Source of the DNA: an uncultured virus (IMG/VR IMGVR_UViG_3300010362_000017)
Lineage: Duplodnaviria > Heunggongvirae > Uroviricota > Caudoviricetes
Strand: one strand, 5' to 3'
DNA length: 64,000 nucleotides
IMG/VR virus record: IMGVR_UViG_3300010362_000017
The translations under genes were made by a program, and so were the position numbers. This document shows, in pieces, positions 9,563-19,416 of this stretch (the first letter of the stretch is position 1; the number at the start of each line of letters is the position of its first letter). The notes under the pieces are model-generated. The model searched no databases. It was not told where the DNA came from and worked only from the letters and a program-made list of their open reading frames with translations.

Positions 9563-10498
9563 ATGGCGCTCCCGCCCCAGTTCATCAAAAAGAAGAAGAA
9601 GAAGCTCTCGCCGTTCCACGCCAAGGTCGCGGGCAAGAATGCGCGTTCGCGGCCCGACCGCAAGGCGTACCGCCGCGGCGGCGCGGTCGCGGGGAAAGCG
9701 GACGCCGATCTGCTCTCCCCCGCCACGCCGAAGGCGCCGAAAGGCGGGCGCGTGGTGCAGAAAAGCAAGTACCAGGAAGGCGGTGCAGTCCCGCCCGGCT
9801 TTCGATACGGAACCGATCCCGATAAGGCGCTGATCCGTACTCGCCGGCAAATGGAGACGCCAAAGGAGCGCCCGGCGCTACCCACGCCGACGGAGCGGCC
9901 GGCGCTGCCCAACGTCACACTGGAGCGGCCCTCGATCAAAGACATCGAGTTGAAATACGAGCCGAAAGAGGTCGGGGCTCCCCAGCGCAAGCGCGGCGGT
10001 GTTGCCAAGCGCCAGTACGGCGGAAGGACGCCGCGGCCTGGGCTTGGTCCGCTTGGGCGTCCCGATACTTATCCAGGAGGAGCCGGCGGCCCCCGCGTCG
10101 GCGAGGACATCGCGCGCAGAACCGAGGAGGGCATGCGGCCAAAGACCGAGGAAGGTTTCCTCAAGGGCCGCGACGAGATCATGCCCCGGAACTACCAGGA
10201 AGGCGGCGGGATTAGCTCGGTTCGACGCAAGCCTAAGCCTGGCGAGAGCCGAGAGCCGCCGCCGCTGACCGGCCCGGTCGAAGGGCTCAAGGACGGCGGC
10301 GATAGCGGCAAGTGGATCGGCAAGGCACGCGCCAGCATGGAGCGCCGCGGCACCGTCGGTTCACTGCGCAAGGCGATGGGCACCAAAAGCGGCGAGACAA
10401 TCCCGACATCGAGCCTGCAGGCTAAGAAGGCGCAGGCCAAGCGCACCGGCAACACCAAGATGATGCGCAAGGTCCAGTTTGCGCTCAACGTGAGGTAA
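9563..10498 (+). CDS. Basic low-complexity protein with seven xxxGG motifs (likely internal virion protein)
   Basis: YRRGGAV, APKGGRV, YQEGGAV, RKRGGVA, RQYGG, YQEGGGI, LKDGG; C-terminal KWI...GSLRKAMG...FA segment. Confidence 0.65.
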   Translation: MALPPQFIKKKKKKLSPFHAKVAGKNARSRPDRKAYRRGGAVAGKADADLLSPATPKAPKGGRVVQKSKYQEGGAVPPGFRYGTDPDKALIRTRRQMETPKERPALPTPTERPALPNVTLERPSIKDIELKYEPKEVGAPQRKRGGVAKRQYGGRTPRPGLGPLGRPDTYPGGAGGPRVGEDIARRTEEGMRPKTEEGFLKGRDEIMPRNYQEGGGISSVRRKPKPGESREPPPLTGPVEGLKDGGDSGKWIGKARASMERRGTVGSLRKAMGTKSGETIPTSSLQAKKAQAKRTGNTKMMRKVQFALNVR

Positions 10499-10596
10499 TA
10501 GGCTTCCCTTACCACAGGGAAGGGAGAGGCTGGATTTCTGCGGTGATTGTCCTCCCGTGGTGACGGTCTGGTCTCTCCACATATTCGAGGAGCACA

Positions 10597-10902
10597 GTGA
10601 TGGCGCTTAACAGCTTCGTCATTCCGCCGACCACGCCGGGTGGAAGCAAGACGGTTGGGATGAATCCGAAGCTCCCCGGTACGCTGTATGTCTACACGAC
10701 GGGCGCCGCTAACTATGATGTGCAATGCACTCTTGACGATCCAATGACGACTCCGGCAGCGAACGTGCGCTGGGTGACATCTCCCGAAGTTCCCCCAGGT
10801 CAGACCGGCAGCTACGCCGTCGCACTCAAGACGCCCATGTTTGGGATTCGAATCTACGTGAACAGCAACGCCGCGGCGATCGAGGTCAGGGTATTGCAAT
10901 AA
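10597..10902 (+). CDS. Small virion structural protein
   Basis: RBS GAGGAG; beta-rich 101 aa (YDVQCTLDDP...GIRI...VLQ); coupled to the adaptor gene. Confidence 0.6.
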   Translation: MMALNSFVIPPTTPGGSKTVGMNPKLPGTLYVYTTGAANYDVQCTLDDPMTTPAANVRWVTSPEVPPGQTGSYAVALKTPMFGIRIYVNSNAAAIEVRVLQ

Positions 10903-11606
10903 TGGCAGCGCCTCCGGCCAGTGGCACCTACGCATGGTTTCCCCCGTTCTCCGATGTGATCATCGCAGCATACGGGCGCTGCCAGATTCGCCGCGACGCC
11001 ATCTCGATGGATCACCTGTTCGACGCGGCGATGGCGGCGAACCTGCTGCAGGTCGACTGGTCGAACGAACAGGTCAATCTGTGGACGGTTGACTTACAAG
11101 TCATCAATCTGATCCCCGGCGAGCCCACCTACGACGTCGATCCGTCGACCGTCATGATCATGGCGGCATGGATATCGACCGGCACCAATCCGGTGAAGGA
11201 TAGGATCATCATCTCGACCGATCGCGATACCTACGCGGCCTATCCCGACAAGACCACGCCCAACCGGCCGACGGTGTACTGGTTCAACCACACGATCGAG
11301 CCGACGATTACGCTCTGGCAACCGCCGGACGACGCCGAGCCCTATACGCTCAAGTTTTTCCGCGCCCGCCAAATCCAGGACGCCAGCGTGCCGGGCGGCA
11401 TGACGCCGGAGGTGCCGTATCGTTTCCTCGAAGCCTACGTCGCCGGGCTCGCCTTCAAGCTGGCGGAGTTGTACGCGCCCGGCCGCATGACGGAACTGGC
11501 ACCGCGTGCGGTCGGCGCCTTCACCAAGGCCAAGGACCGTGATGTCGAGAACTCGCCGCTACGTATCGTGCCGGCGATGAGCATCTACACCAACGCGGCA
11601 TACTGA
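10902..11606 (+). CDS. Head-tail adaptor / tail tubular protein A-like
   Basis: SGTY.W, WSN..VNLWTV, ITLWQPPD, EVPYRFLEAYVAGLAFKLA. Confidence 0.75.
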   Translation: MAAPPASGTYAWFPPFSDVIIAAYGRCQIRRDAISMDHLFDAAMAANLLQVDWSNEQVNLWTVDLQVINLIPGEPTYDVDPSTVMIMAAWISTGTNPVKDRIIISTDRDTYAAYPDKTTPNRPTVYWFNHTIEPTITLWQPPDDAEPYTLKFFRARQIQDASVPGGMTPEVPYRFLEAYVAGLAFKLAELYAPGRMTELAPRAVGAFTKAKDRDVENSPLRIVPAMSIYTNAAY

Positions 11607-11908
11607 TGGGCACATTCGCACCAAAGGGCCACGCCAAGGTCGATCCGCAACGCCCGGAGGCGTTTGCGATCTGCGACTGCTGCGGCTTCCAGTACAACCA
11701 CCGCGACCTGCGCTGGCAGATGGCCTGGTTCGGCAAGGAACTGCGCAGCACCGGCTGGCTGCATTGCCCGACCTGCCTGGACAATCCCAATCCGACGATG
11801 CGGCCTATCGTCCTTCCGGCCGATCCCGTGCCGATCCTCAATCCGCGCGCGGAGAAGCACGGCCCGGACAAGACCACGCCGGAATACAAGCCGCCGATCA
11901 TACCGTAG
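11606..11908 (+). CDS. Zn-ribbon protein (2x CxxC) of the tail module
   Basis: AICDCCGFQY and HCPTCLD; DPVPILNPR tail. Confidence 0.7.
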   Translation: MGTFAPKGHAKVDPQRPEAFAICDCCGFQYNHRDLRWQMAWFGKELRSTGWLHCPTCLDNPNPTMRPIVLPADPVPILNPRAEKHGPDKTTPEYKPPIIP

Positions 11909-11916
11909 GAGCAGAT

Positions 11917-12339
11917 ATGGCGAACGTACTCTATCCGCTCTGGAAAGACTCGGTGATGACCGAGTTGGATGCGAACAACTCCCTCGATCAGATTGGAGTC
12001 AACGCACCCTATCTCGCGGTGGTGACACTTGGCGTCGGCGGCTACACCTATTCCGACAGCCACCAATACTTCTCCAGCGTTTCCGGCACGCCGGCGCCGC
12101 CGGTGGCGCTCAACAACAACATCCTAGTCTCGAACATCTTCAAGGCCGACACCGCGGTCTTTATCAACGTCACGGGAACGAGCATCGGCGGGCTGATCAT
12201 CTATCGCCACAACAGCGGCGCTAGCTCGACTTGGCGGCTGGTGCTCTATGAGGATACCGGGATCACCGGCTTCCCGATGGTGCCAAACGGCGGCAACCTG
12301 CTGATCACTTGGAACACACAGGGGATATTCGCGCTATGA
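11917..12339 (+). CDS. Virion structural (tail-associated) protein
   Basis: RBS AGGAG; MANVLYPLWKD...PNGGNLLITWN..GIFAL. Confidence 0.65.
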   Translation: MANVLYPLWKDSVMTELDANNSLDQIGVNAPYLAVVTLGVGGYTYSDSHQYFSSVSGTPAPPVALNNNILVSNIFKADTAVFINVTGTSIGGLIIYRHNSGASSTWRLVLYEDTGITGFPMVPNGGNLLITWNTQGIFAL

Positions 12340-12674
12340 ATGATCCTTTGGTCGAAGCGGTCAAGAATGCGGGAAACCTGCAAGAGATTTGGGATGCTCT
12401 CAACAAGGCGATGGAGGGCAAGCTCCCGATCGAGCAGGTCTATACCCTGGCGGTCAACCTGATCGTGCACGGCATTCGCATGACGACGCCCTCGCGCGGA
12501 GGAGCCGAGTACGTGGTCGACGACCTGTTCCGGCGCGCCAAGAACCTGACGCTGGCGCACTACGACAGCGTGACCGGCAAGCGCAAGGTGCTGTTCCCCT
12601 ATTCGCAAATGGTGAAGGCGCCGTTCCACGTGAACGAAAGCCAGATATTCCGCCCCGACGGCAAAGGCAGCTGA
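12336..12674 (+). CDS. Hypothetical protein
   Basis: ATGA coupling to the upstream gene; HYDSVTGKRK. Confidence 0.55.
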   Translation: MNDPLVEAVKNAGNLQEIWDALNKAMEGKLPIEQVYTLAVNLIVHGIRMTTPSRGGAEYVVDDLFRRAKNLTLAHYDSVTGKRKVLFPYSQMVKAPFHVNESQIFRPDGKGS

Positions 12675-12681
12675 GGATGAA

Positions 12682-13026
12682 ATGCAGCCAGCACAGCTAC
12701 CCTTGGACATCTACCGCGGGGATAGCGCGCACCTGCGCGTGAGGCTGTGGGCTGATCCTGACAAGACCATCCCCGTCGATCTGACCGGGGTTGATGCCAA
12801 GTCCCAGATACGCGAGCGCCCGGCAGGCACGCAAATCACCGATCTCGTTTGCGTCGTCACGCTGCCCAATATCATCGATGTGACGCTGCTCGCCGCCGAC
12901 AGTCATAAGCTGCCGAGCAAGGGCGCCTGGGACCTGCAGCTGACCTATCTGTCGGGCGACGTTAGAACGCCGCTTGCCGGCCCGGTCACCGTCACCCCGG
13001 ATGTGACTGACAGCACGGTGCCGTGA
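12682..13026 (+). CDS. BppU-N-like fibre attachment protein
   Basis: LDIYRGDS, PVDLTG...SQIR, WDLQLT, G.VTVTPDVT; precedes the fibre gene. Confidence 0.6.
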   Translation: MQPAQLPLDIYRGDSAHLRVRLWADPDKTIPVDLTGVDAKSQIRERPAGTQITDLVCVVTLPNIIDVTLLAADSHKLPSKGAWDLQLTYLSGDVRTPLAGPVTVTPDVTDSTVP

Positions 13027-14927
13027 TGGCCGATGATCCTCTCGACCTTATCGAGACCGTCGAGGTCGAGGTCGTCGAGGTCGATCTCGTCCTCGATCCG
13101 GTTGAGTTGATCGAGGTCGAGGTCTCGCCACCAATCCAGGCGATCGACGTCGAGATCGAGGTCGGCGCAACCGGCCCACCCGGCGCGCAAGGACCGCCCG
13201 GCGCTGATGGTCCGCCCGGCGCCGATGGCGCCCCCGGTGCTCCCGGCGCTGACGGCGCTGACGGTGTTAACGGCGCTGACGGTGCGCCTGGTGCTCCTGG
13301 CGCCCCCGGTGCGCCCGGCGTCGGTGTGCCAGCCGGCGGCACGATCAATCAGGTGCTCGCGAAGACGTCGAGCGCTGACTATGCGACCGCGTGGATAACA
13401 TCTCCTACTGGCATCCCCGAGGCGCCCAGCGATAGCAAGCTCTATGGGCGCTTCAACGCCGCCTGGGCCGTTGCTCAGCCGTTCGACGCCGATCTCACCT
13501 CGATCGCGGCTTACGCCAGCACCGGACAATGGCTCTACCGTTCTGCTGCTGACACCTGGTCGCCGGTCACTATCAGCACCGGATTGTCGTTCTCGGGCGG
13601 CACTCTGACTTGCACGGTGAGCACGGCAGGCTTGGCGACAACGACCTATGTCGACAATGCCGACGCGCTCAAGGCGAACATTGCCTCACCAACATTCACA
13701 GGCGATCCGAAGGCGCCGACGCCAACAGCGGGAGACAACGACACTAGCATTGCAACGACGGCGTTCGTGCAAGGTGCGCTGACGACGGCTTTGGGCAGCT
13801 ATGTGCTCAAAGCCGGCGACACGATGACGGGCGATCTGACGATCAGCAAGGCTTCGCCGGTTCTGTATTTTGACAAAACGCTGGGAGGCGTGAACGTCGT
13901 TTACGGTCGCGTGGCCGGTGTGGCGCGCTGGGGCCTGTTTCTCGGCGAGGGCACCACGGAGAGCGGAGGCGCGAGCGGAGCCGGCGGTTCGGATTTTGTA
14001 ATCCTTCGCTACAACAACTCCGGTGCCGTCTTCGGCCCGATCCCGCTCAAAATCAACCGCGCTGACGGGACGATGACGCTGGAGAGCTTGGAGGGCGGCA
14101 ACGTCACCTCGCTCGTTCTCAATAAAACTGCCACCGGCGGCCGGGGCGATGTTCTCTGGGGTAGAACGAACAACCTCAATCGTTGGGCGATCAGTCTCGC
14201 CGACAGCACGACCGAGTCGGGCGCGAATGCGGGCAGCAACTTCTCCATCACCCGCTACACCGATGCCGGTGCATTCATCGATAACCCGCTCACCATCAAC
14301 CGCGCGACCGGGGCGGTGGCCGCAAACATTCCGCTTCCAACGTACCAAAGTTTTACGACAGCGGGCTCCTCTGGCACTTACAACTCTCCTGCCGGGTGCA
14401 AGCGCATCAAGGTGAGAATGGTCGGTGGTGGTGGTGGTGGCGGCAGCTTCACGAATGGCAATCCTGGGACCGCCACGACTTTCGGAACCGGGACCTGCAA
14501 CGGTGGTGGCACCGGGGGGACAGGCAACCTCGGCGGTGGTGGCGGCGTCAGTGGCGGCAGCTTCCAGTTTTTTATGACTGGTGGGTACGGGCGATTTGGC
14601 ATGCTTAGTGTCGTATCGCAGTTCGCTGGCGTGGGCGGAGATGGCGGCAGCAATCCGATCGGTCAAGGTGGCAGCGGGACCTACAACGGCCCGGGCGGAA
14701 GCCCAGTTGGTTATGGTTCCGGCGGAGCCGGTGGCGCTCCTAATGCAACCACAACGACGACACCTGGCTGCGGTGGCGGCAGCGGGGGCTATGGCGAGCA
14801 GGTACTTCCGGCCGGCTCTTACAGCTACAGCGTCGGTAGTGGCGGCGGCGGGCAGGGCGCGAACGCGGCCTTCTCCGCCGCTTCCGCCGGACTTGGCGGC
14901 GCTATCTTTGTCGAGGAGTTCTACTGA
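13023..14927 (+). CDS. Tail fibre with collagen-like segment
   Basis: G-X-Y repeat (GPPGAQGPPGADG...), EAPSDSKLYGR, ASPTFTGDPKAPTP...IATTAFV, YVLKAGDTMTGDL, two RW...TTESG...GS.F...RY repeats, Gly-rich C-terminus. Confidence 0.85.
   Translation: MMADDPLDLIETVEVEVVEVDLVLDPVELIEVEVSPPIQAIDVEIEVGATGPPGAQGPPGADGPPGADGAPGAPGADGADGVNGADGAPGAPGAPGAPGVGVPAGGTINQVLAKTSSADYATAWITSPTGIPEAPSDSKLYGRFNAAWAVAQPFDADLTSIAAYASTGQWLYRSAADTWSPVTISTGLSFSGGTLTCTVSTAGLATTTYVDNADALKANIASPTFTGDPKAPTPTAGDNDTSIATTAFVQGALTTALGSYVLKAGDTMTGDLTISKASPVLYFDKTLGGVNVVYGRVAGVARWGLFLGEGTTESGGASGAGGSDFVILRYNNSGAVFGPIPLKINRADGTMTLESLEGGNVTSLVLNKTATGGRGDVLWGRTNNLNRWAISLADSTTESGANAGSNFSITRYTDAGAFIDNPLTINRATGAVAANIPLPTYQSFTTAGSSGTYNSPAGCKRIKVRMVGGGGGGGSFTNGNPGTATTFGTGTCNGGGTGGTGNLGGGGGVSGGSFQFFMTGGYGRFGMLSVVSQFAGVGGDGGSNPIGQGGSGTYNGPGGSPVGYGSGGAGGAPNATTTTTPGCGGGSGGYGEQVLPAGSYSYSVGSGGGGQGANAAFSAASAGLGGAIFVEEFY
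13171..13325 (+). repeat. Collagen-like 9-nt-period repeat inside the tail fibre gene
   Basis: Tandem Gly-X-Y triplets such as ggcgctgac and ggtgcgcct. Confidence 0.8.
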
Positions 14928-15256
14928 TGGTCGCGCTTAACGGGCCAAATCTTTACGAGCCGCAGTATCAGCTTCAAGGTTGGTACGACGATAGCAGCAG
15001 GGTGTTGGCCTCCTGGTTTGACCGGGACATTGCAGGGTGGCTCGCCACGGACACTACAGGCACCGTCATCCCGCTGGTGCAGGCGGAAGTGCCGTTCTTC
15101 GTCAACGAGAACATCATCTTCACGCCGCCGCCGATCACGGTCGAGGTGCTGCCGCCGTTCTTCGTCAACGAGAACATCTTCTTCGTGCCGGTGGCTGCTC
15201 GCATCGTCGGCCGGCCGGACCAGATGATCAAGAACGAGGTACGGCGGCGGCGCTAG
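14927..15256 (+). CDS. Small tail-associated protein with an internal duplication
   Basis: Coupled to the fibre stop; PFFVNENI appears twice. Confidence 0.6.
   Translation: MVALNGPNLYEPQYQLQGWYDDSSRVLASWFDRDIAGWLATDTTGTVIPLVQAEVPFFVNENIIFTPPPITVEVLPPFFVNENIFFVPVAARIVGRPDQMIKNEVRRRR
15091..15178 (+). repeat. Exact 25-nt direct repeat (GCCGTTCTTCGTCAACGAGAACATC)
   Basis: Copies at 15091-15115 and 15154-15178, in frame. Confidence 0.85.
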
Positions 15257-15275
15257 AATCAGATAGGCTTGAGCC

Positions 15276-15611
15276 ATGTATGCCGGGATAGATTTTAGCC
15301 CCCAGGAGAACGAGGAATCCGAGGTGCTTGGCTTGGATTTCGTTAACGATTTGCAGCACGACGAAGTTCTGATGTCGTCGGTGTGGGACCTTTCCGCCGT
15401 CTCCGGCATCGACACCGATCCCAATGCCCATCTGGAGGGGCCGTCGTTCATCACCGAGCCCTACGGCAGCATGCGCAAGACCGCGACTATCCAGCGTGTC
15501 GGCGGGTTGTTTCCCGGTGTCACCTATCGCGTGCGCGCCAAGTGCATCACCACGCTGGGCAATGAAATCCATCTGTGGTCGCATATCCGAGGGGTGACGT
15601 CGCTCACATGA
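15276..15611 (+). CDS. Fibre-tail adaptor-like protein
   Basis: ESEVLGLDFVNDL...GVTYRVRAKCITTLG. Confidence 0.55.
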   Translation: MYAGIDFSPQENEESEVLGLDFVNDLQHDEVLMSSVWDLSAVSGIDTDPNAHLEGPSFITEPYGSMRKTATIQRVGGLFPGVTYRVRAKCITTLGNEIHLWSHIRGVTSLT

Positions 15612-16366
15612 CCTACGACGAATGTGTCTCCTGGCTCAAGACGATGCTCAGCGTCGAGATGAACGATGAGGACGTCAACTTCACGCGCATCCTGCCGGCG
15701 ATGTTCCTCTACGCCGACGGGCGCATGTATCGGGAGATGCAGTTCCTCGCGACCAGGATCACCCAGCCGGTACGGCTGATCGCGGGCAACCGCGAGTTTC
15801 CGCTGCCGATGTCGGTGCGGGCGCTGCGGCAAATCAACGTGCTCACCCCCGCAGGGCCGATCACCAATACCAGCACGCGCAAGCCGCTGGACCGCATCTC
15901 CCCGGAGTCGCTCGATTTCTTCTGGCCGCAAGCATCTTTCAAACCAGGATTGCCATTGAAATATGCAGTCGTCGGCTCTGTCTCGCCGGTTGTCACGCCG
16001 TTCACCCAGCCGCCGGTGCCGGTCCCGGACTCCCAGGAGATGACGCACACCGTGCGGCTGATGCCGGAGCCGGACAAGGCGTATTACGCGGAACTCTACG
16101 GCGACATTCGGCCGTTCCCGCTCTCGCCGGACAACCCCGAGACGTATCTGAGCGTGTACTGGCCCGAGCTATTTCTGTGCCTGTGCATGGTGTTCGGCTC
16201 CGGCTACCAGCGCGATTTCGGCGCGCAAGCGGATGATCCGGCGCGCGCGGTCAGCTGGGAATCGCAATACACCTATCTCCGCCAGGGCGGCGTGCTGGAG
16301 ACAATGCGAATGCACGGCGTGGCGCCTGGTCCGCCGCCACCGCCGGTAGCTGCAGCACGGGGGTAG
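15608..16366 (+). CDS. Phage adaptor / tail tubular protein
   Basis: ATGA coupling; MTY...AD.RMYRE..F, P.PDKAY, ETYLS.YWPELF, SWESQY. Confidence 0.7.
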   Translation: MTYDECVSWLKTMLSVEMNDEDVNFTRILPAMFLYADGRMYREMQFLATRITQPVRLIAGNREFPLPMSVRALRQINVLTPAGPITNTSTRKPLDRISPESLDFFWPQASFKPGLPLKYAVVGSVSPVVTPFTQPPVPVPDSQEMTHTVRLMPEPDKAYYAELYGDIRPFPLSPDNPETYLSVYWPELFLCLCMVFGSGYQRDFGAQADDPARAVSWESQYTYLRQGGVLETMRMHGVAPGPPPPPVAAARG

Positions 16367-16369
16367 CGC

Positions 16370-19156
16370 ATGCCCCTGGTTAAGCCCCAGGCCAAACCCG
16401 GCTTCCAGTCTCAGGCCACGCAAGCCCAGGCCACGGGCTCCTGGTACGGCGGCAATCTCGTGCGCTGGCGCGGCGGCCTGCTGGAAAAGTGGGGCGGCTG
16501 GGAGCGGCTGTTCCAGGATGCCTTCGGCGCCATCATCCGCCGCATGCACGCCTGGCTCGATCTCGGCAACAACAAGAACCTGCTGGTCGCGACCGATCTC
16601 GGCGTCCAACTCGCAATCCAGGACGCGATCTACGAGCTAGGACATCAGATCGATCTCCAGGGCGGTCTCATTCTGGAGCTTGGTGGTGCCGCGGCGACGA
16701 CGTTCTCGACCACGGCCGGCTCGACCACGGTGACGGTGAATACCAACGTCTCGGTGGCGAGCGGCGGCACCTTCGTGTTCGAACTGCCGGTATCGCTGGG
16801 CGGCAATATCATTCCTGCGCAGACGTTCTTTAAGATCAAGGACCTGGTGACTGGCGGCTTCACCTTCGACATGCCGCTGCAGGCAGCTGCGACGACCGCC
16901 GGCGTTCCCGGCATTCGCCTATTCACCAACGACCTGCCCAACATAATGTCCTGCTTGTGGCCCTCGCACGGGCTCAGCGTCGGGAGTCCCGTGACGTTTG
17001 CGCAGACCACGACGGTCAGATATGGCGCCGCGGGCACCTGGGAGCAGGTCAACTTCTCTGCCCCGGCCGGGACCGTGGTCTACGTCGACAGCGTGGTGGA
17101 CGCGAACAACTTCCGCTTCCAGATGGGCGTGCTGGGAACGGGCAACGGCAACGGCGATCCCGAGCATCAGGTCTATGACGGCTGTGTCGCCGAGCACTCG
17201 ACCACGACCGGCACGTTCAACACCTCGCTGGGCGTTGTGATCGGCATCGCCACCTCGCAACCGCTGGGCAATCCGCAGAAACAGTCCTGGTTCCTGGCCA
17301 ATCTGGGGCAGGATGGCTTGGTGCTGGCGGCAGGTGGTCCGCTGCAGGTCTACCATCCGCCGATCACTAATGGCCCCTTCATCAAGCCGGTCGGCGTCGG
17401 CCCGCCGGTGACGGCGCCGCAGCACAACAACGGCATGATCGTTGCCATGCCGCAGGCACAGGTCATCCTGTTCGGCTCTGAGCCGATCCTGGGCTCCGGC
17501 GTGATCGATCCGCTGCTGGTGCGCTGGTCCGACGTCGGCGGCTACGACATCTATAATGCCACGGTGAGCAACCAGGCCGGCAGCTTCCGGCTCTCGCGCG
17601 GCTCGCGCATCGTCGGCGCTATCCAGGCGCCGCAGGCCACCCTGCTGTTCACCGACGTCGACTGCTGGATGATGAGCTATGTCGGGCCGCCGCTGATCTA
17701 CGGCTTCGCCATCATGGCCACGGGCTGCGGCCTGGTCGCGCCGCATGCGGTCGGGGCAGTCGGGACGGCAACAATCTGGCAGTCGCTCAAGAACTTCTGG
17801 CAGTTCGCCGGCGGTGTGGCGCCGGTGCCGTGCACGGTGTGGGACTACATCTTCGAAGACATCGATACGGTCAACATCAACAAGTGCCACGCCGCGCCCA
17901 ACTCCTCGACTAACGAGTTGGCGTTTTACTTCCCGTCCAAGGCGACGGCTCTATCGCCGGCGGGGAACCTGCTGCTGTGGTCGACAGAGTTGTGGCAGCT
18001 GAGCGCGTGGTCGCCTACGGGCGTCATCGTCGATTTCTACGCTCTGTTTACGGCACTGTACGTGTACGAGCCCAACATTCGGATTGGTGGCTGGTTCGAC
18101 GACAGCGCGTTCGCGATGATCAGCTGGTGGGACCGCGACCTGCAGGGCAAGGTCGGCGTCATCATCTTCGCCCCGGACGGCAGCGGCACGGTCATCAATC
18201 TGAAAGAGACCGCCACCACCGGGCAGCACCACATCACCCAGCTGGTGCTCAAGCGCGCGGAGAAGATCACCTATACGTTCTCGCTCTACGCGCACTATCA
18301 GTCGACGCGGAATCTGACGCTGCTCGCCGGCTTCGTCGGCGCCTACGCCTACGCGACGTTCGACGTCATCCACGGGAATATAGTTTCCAGCGGTGTGTCG
18401 GCGCCGTCGTTCATGCTCAATGAGGCCAAGGTAGTCCAGGACCAGCTGGCGACCGGGCCAGGCGGCAATGGCTGGATGCGGTACATAATGACATTCACCA
18501 GCGATCACTCGCCCGAGCTAGGAGTATCCATCAACGTCACCAATGGCACGCAGCTGAGCTACCTGGGCGTGCCGCCGAATGGCTGCTTGATCTGGGGCGC
18601 GCAGCTGGTCGAGGGCAGCATCCCGCAGGACTATCAGCCGACGTCGGGCACACAGGTGCAGAACGAGACCACGAAATACGTCAAGGTCAATATGGCGGAG
18701 GGCGGGGCCTGGGACAGCGGCGTGCTGACGCGCTCCGCCTGGCTGGACAACTCGATCTGGGGAACGCCGCTGGGCGCCGACGAAAATAATCTTGTGCAGC
18801 AGCACGAGCGCGGGTTTGACGCCGATACCGAGCCGATGAAAGGTGTGTACGTGGAGACCGGCTTCGTCGAGCTAGGCGACGGCAGCATCATCATGATGGT
18901 CGATGAGTGCCATCCCGACTTCAAGTGGGCCGGCCGCGACGGCGGCGTGAAGGTCACGATCAAAGCGGCCAACTACCCCGAGGGGCCGGTGCATGATTTC
19001 GGGCCGTATTCGATGACGCCAACACGGCAGTTCTTTAGCCCGCGGGTACGCGCGCGCTACGTGGGGCTCAAGTACGAGTGGGACCACCTCAAGGGCTTCT
19101 CGGCGCGCGTCGGTGTGGTGACCTATCGGGTGAAGCCGGCGGGAAAACGACCGTGA
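16370..19156 (+). CDS. Tail nozzle / stabilisation protein with inserted beta-sandwich domains
   Basis: 928 aa. VRWRGG..EKWGGW, DPLLVRWSD, NQAGSFRLSRGSRIV, GCGLVAPHA, PVPCTVWDYIF, TRSAWLD, RVRAR. Confidence 0.75.
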   Translation: MPLVKPQAKPGFQSQATQAQATGSWYGGNLVRWRGGLLEKWGGWERLFQDAFGAIIRRMHAWLDLGNNKNLLVATDLGVQLAIQDAIYELGHQIDLQGGLILELGGAAATTFSTTAGSTTVTVNTNVSVASGGTFVFELPVSLGGNIIPAQTFFKIKDLVTGGFTFDMPLQAAATTAGVPGIRLFTNDLPNIMSCLWPSHGLSVGSPVTFAQTTTVRYGAAGTWEQVNFSAPAGTVVYVDSVVDANNFRFQMGVLGTGNGNGDPEHQVYDGCVAEHSTTTGTFNTSLGVVIGIATSQPLGNPQKQSWFLANLGQDGLVLAAGGPLQVYHPPITNGPFIKPVGVGPPVTAPQHNNGMIVAMPQAQVILFGSEPILGSGVIDPLLVRWSDVGGYDIYNATVSNQAGSFRLSRGSRIVGAIQAPQATLLFTDVDCWMMSYVGPPLIYGFAIMATGCGLVAPHAVGAVGTATIWQSLKNFWQFAGGVAPVPCTVWDYIFEDIDTVNINKCHAAPNSSTNELAFYFPSKATALSPAGNLLLWSTELWQLSAWSPTGVIVDFYALFTALYVYEPNIRIGGWFDDSAFAMISWWDRDLQGKVGVIIFAPDGSGTVINLKETATTGQHHITQLVLKRAEKITYTFSLYAHYQSTRNLTLLAGFVGAYAYATFDVIHGNIVSSGVSAPSFMLNEAKVVQDQLATGPGGNGWMRYIMTFTSDHSPELGVSINVTNGTQLSYLGVPPNGCLIWGAQLVEGSIPQDYQPTSGTQVQNETTKYVKVNMAEGGAWDSGVLTRSAWLDNSIWGTPLGADENNLVQQHERGFDADTEPMKGVYVETGFVELGDGSIIMMVDECHPDFKWAGRDGGVKVTIKAANYPEGPVHDFGPYSMTPTRQFFSPRVRARYVGLKYEWDHLKGFSARVGVVTYRVKPAGKRP

Positions 19157-19416
19157 GAGTCGAGGAAGTCTGGCGGCTGCTGGCGCAATCGATGAATGCG
19201 ATGGCGGACCATGTAGCCAATGGGAAGGGCTACGGGCTCACGCCGGTAGCCTTCGATGACCTGCCGGACGCGCCCAAGGTCGGGACGATCATGTGCGTCA
19301 ACAACAGCCTGACCAACACTTGGGGCGCCGTGATCGCTGGTGGCACGCTGCCGGCGACGATTTATACTGTGCTGGCGTTCTATAACGGCACGAACTGGAC
19401 GGTGATTGGAAAATGA
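19153..19416 (+). CDS. Small tail protein
   Basis: GTGA coupling to the nozzle stop; C-terminal VLAFYNGTNWTV. Confidence 0.6.
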   Translation: MRVEEVWRLLAQSMNAMADHVANGKGYGLTPVAFDDLPDAPKVGTIMCVNNSLTNTWGAVIAGGTLPATIYTVLAFYNGTNWTVIGK

